The notes under the pieces: model-generated
The model's database searches: none
What the model was told of the DNA's origin: nothing
The model's input: the letters and a program-made list of their open reading frames with translations, nothing else
DNA from: Coleofasciculus chthonoplastes F2-STO-03
GTDB taxonomy: Bacteria; Cyanobacteriota; Cyanobacteriia; Cyanobacteriales; Coleofasciculaceae
NCBI GenBank assembly: GCA_040222015.1
Contig: JAVJWO010000068.1
Span: forward strand, 1-24,691
Length of the DNA: 24,691 nt
Direction of reading: 5' to 3'
Part shown: piece after piece, positions 24,425 through 24,691 of the stretch
How positions within the stretch are numbered: the stretch's first letter is position 1
How the letters are laid out: each line of letters starts with the position of its first letter
Made by a program: the position numbers and the translations under genes

Positions 24425-24691
24425 ATGGGGCAAGTTGGCACGCTTTACGGTCTGAGTGTGGGTCCAGGCGATCGCGAATTAATCACGCTCAAAGCCCTGC
24501 GTATCCTCAAACAAGCACCCGTGGTGGCTTTTCCGGCTGGGGTGAGGGGGAAATTGGGTATGGCACAGCAGATTGTCGGGCAATGGTTAGACACTCAACA
24601 GATTCAACTGCCCTTAACCTTTCCTTACGTCCAAGACCAAGACATTCTTACCCAAGCGTGGAATGAAGCCGCCGAACAGGTTTGGCATTAT
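24425..24691 (+). CDS. cobI: Precorrin-2 C20-methyltransferase, 5' part (runs off the window; absent from ORF track)
   Basis: My translation from ATG 24425: MGQVGTLYGLSVGPGDRELITLKALRILKQAPVVAFPAG...LPLTFPYVQD...AWNEAAEQVWHY; the GxGPGDxELITLKA tetrapyrrole-methylase motif and L-x-F-P pattern fit CobI/CbiL. Confidence 0.85.
   Translation, partial: MGQVGTLYGLSVGPGDRELITLKALRILKQAPVVAFPAGVRGKLGMAQQIVGQWLDTQQIQLPLTFPYVQDQDILTQAWNEAAEQVWHY

Noticed and set aside
24152..24433. 93-aa ORF as a functional ATPase
   Set aside because: Only ~42 residues are AAA-like; no Walker motifs; tail derives from the AT-rich microsatellite; start overlaps cobI.

Overview
AT-rich cyanobacterial DNA (at least 9 HIP1 GCGATCGC octamers, devBCA genes, a PEP-CTERM protein, cyanobacterial-type repeats). 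About 22 kb is one lipid/lipopeptide biosynthetic gene cluster, mostly on the minus strand. Order: FAAL-ACP -> stand-alone KS -> AT-KR-ACP-KS-AT(degenerate) -> ACP-ACP-C-ACP-A(Ser-type code)-E-like C-SDR -> MFS -> IS630 remnant -> PEP-CTERM protein -> devB -> devC -> MDR oxidoreductase, with devA convergent on the plus strand. The assembly line is non-canonical. Both PKS modules are split at unusual points (one by an in-frame TAA-ATG). The second KS has a ~34 aa insertion and sits beside an AT lacking its catalytic Ser. The tandem ACPs look like PUFA-synthase ACPs. The carrier precedes rather than follows the A domain. The line ends in an epimerase-derived domain lacking the catalytic Glu plus a classical SDR, with no TE. 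I do not recognise it as a characterised cluster; the product is inferred to be an exported serine-containing acyl lipid. An exact 10-mer (TAACCTACAT) recurs four times in the same orientation, upstream of four minus-strand genes. The flanks carry two MITE-like elements (one with a 14x heptamer array), a hypothetical gene, an AAA-ATPase remnant and the 5' end of cobI/cbiL. All domain calls are by eye from motifs; no searches were run.
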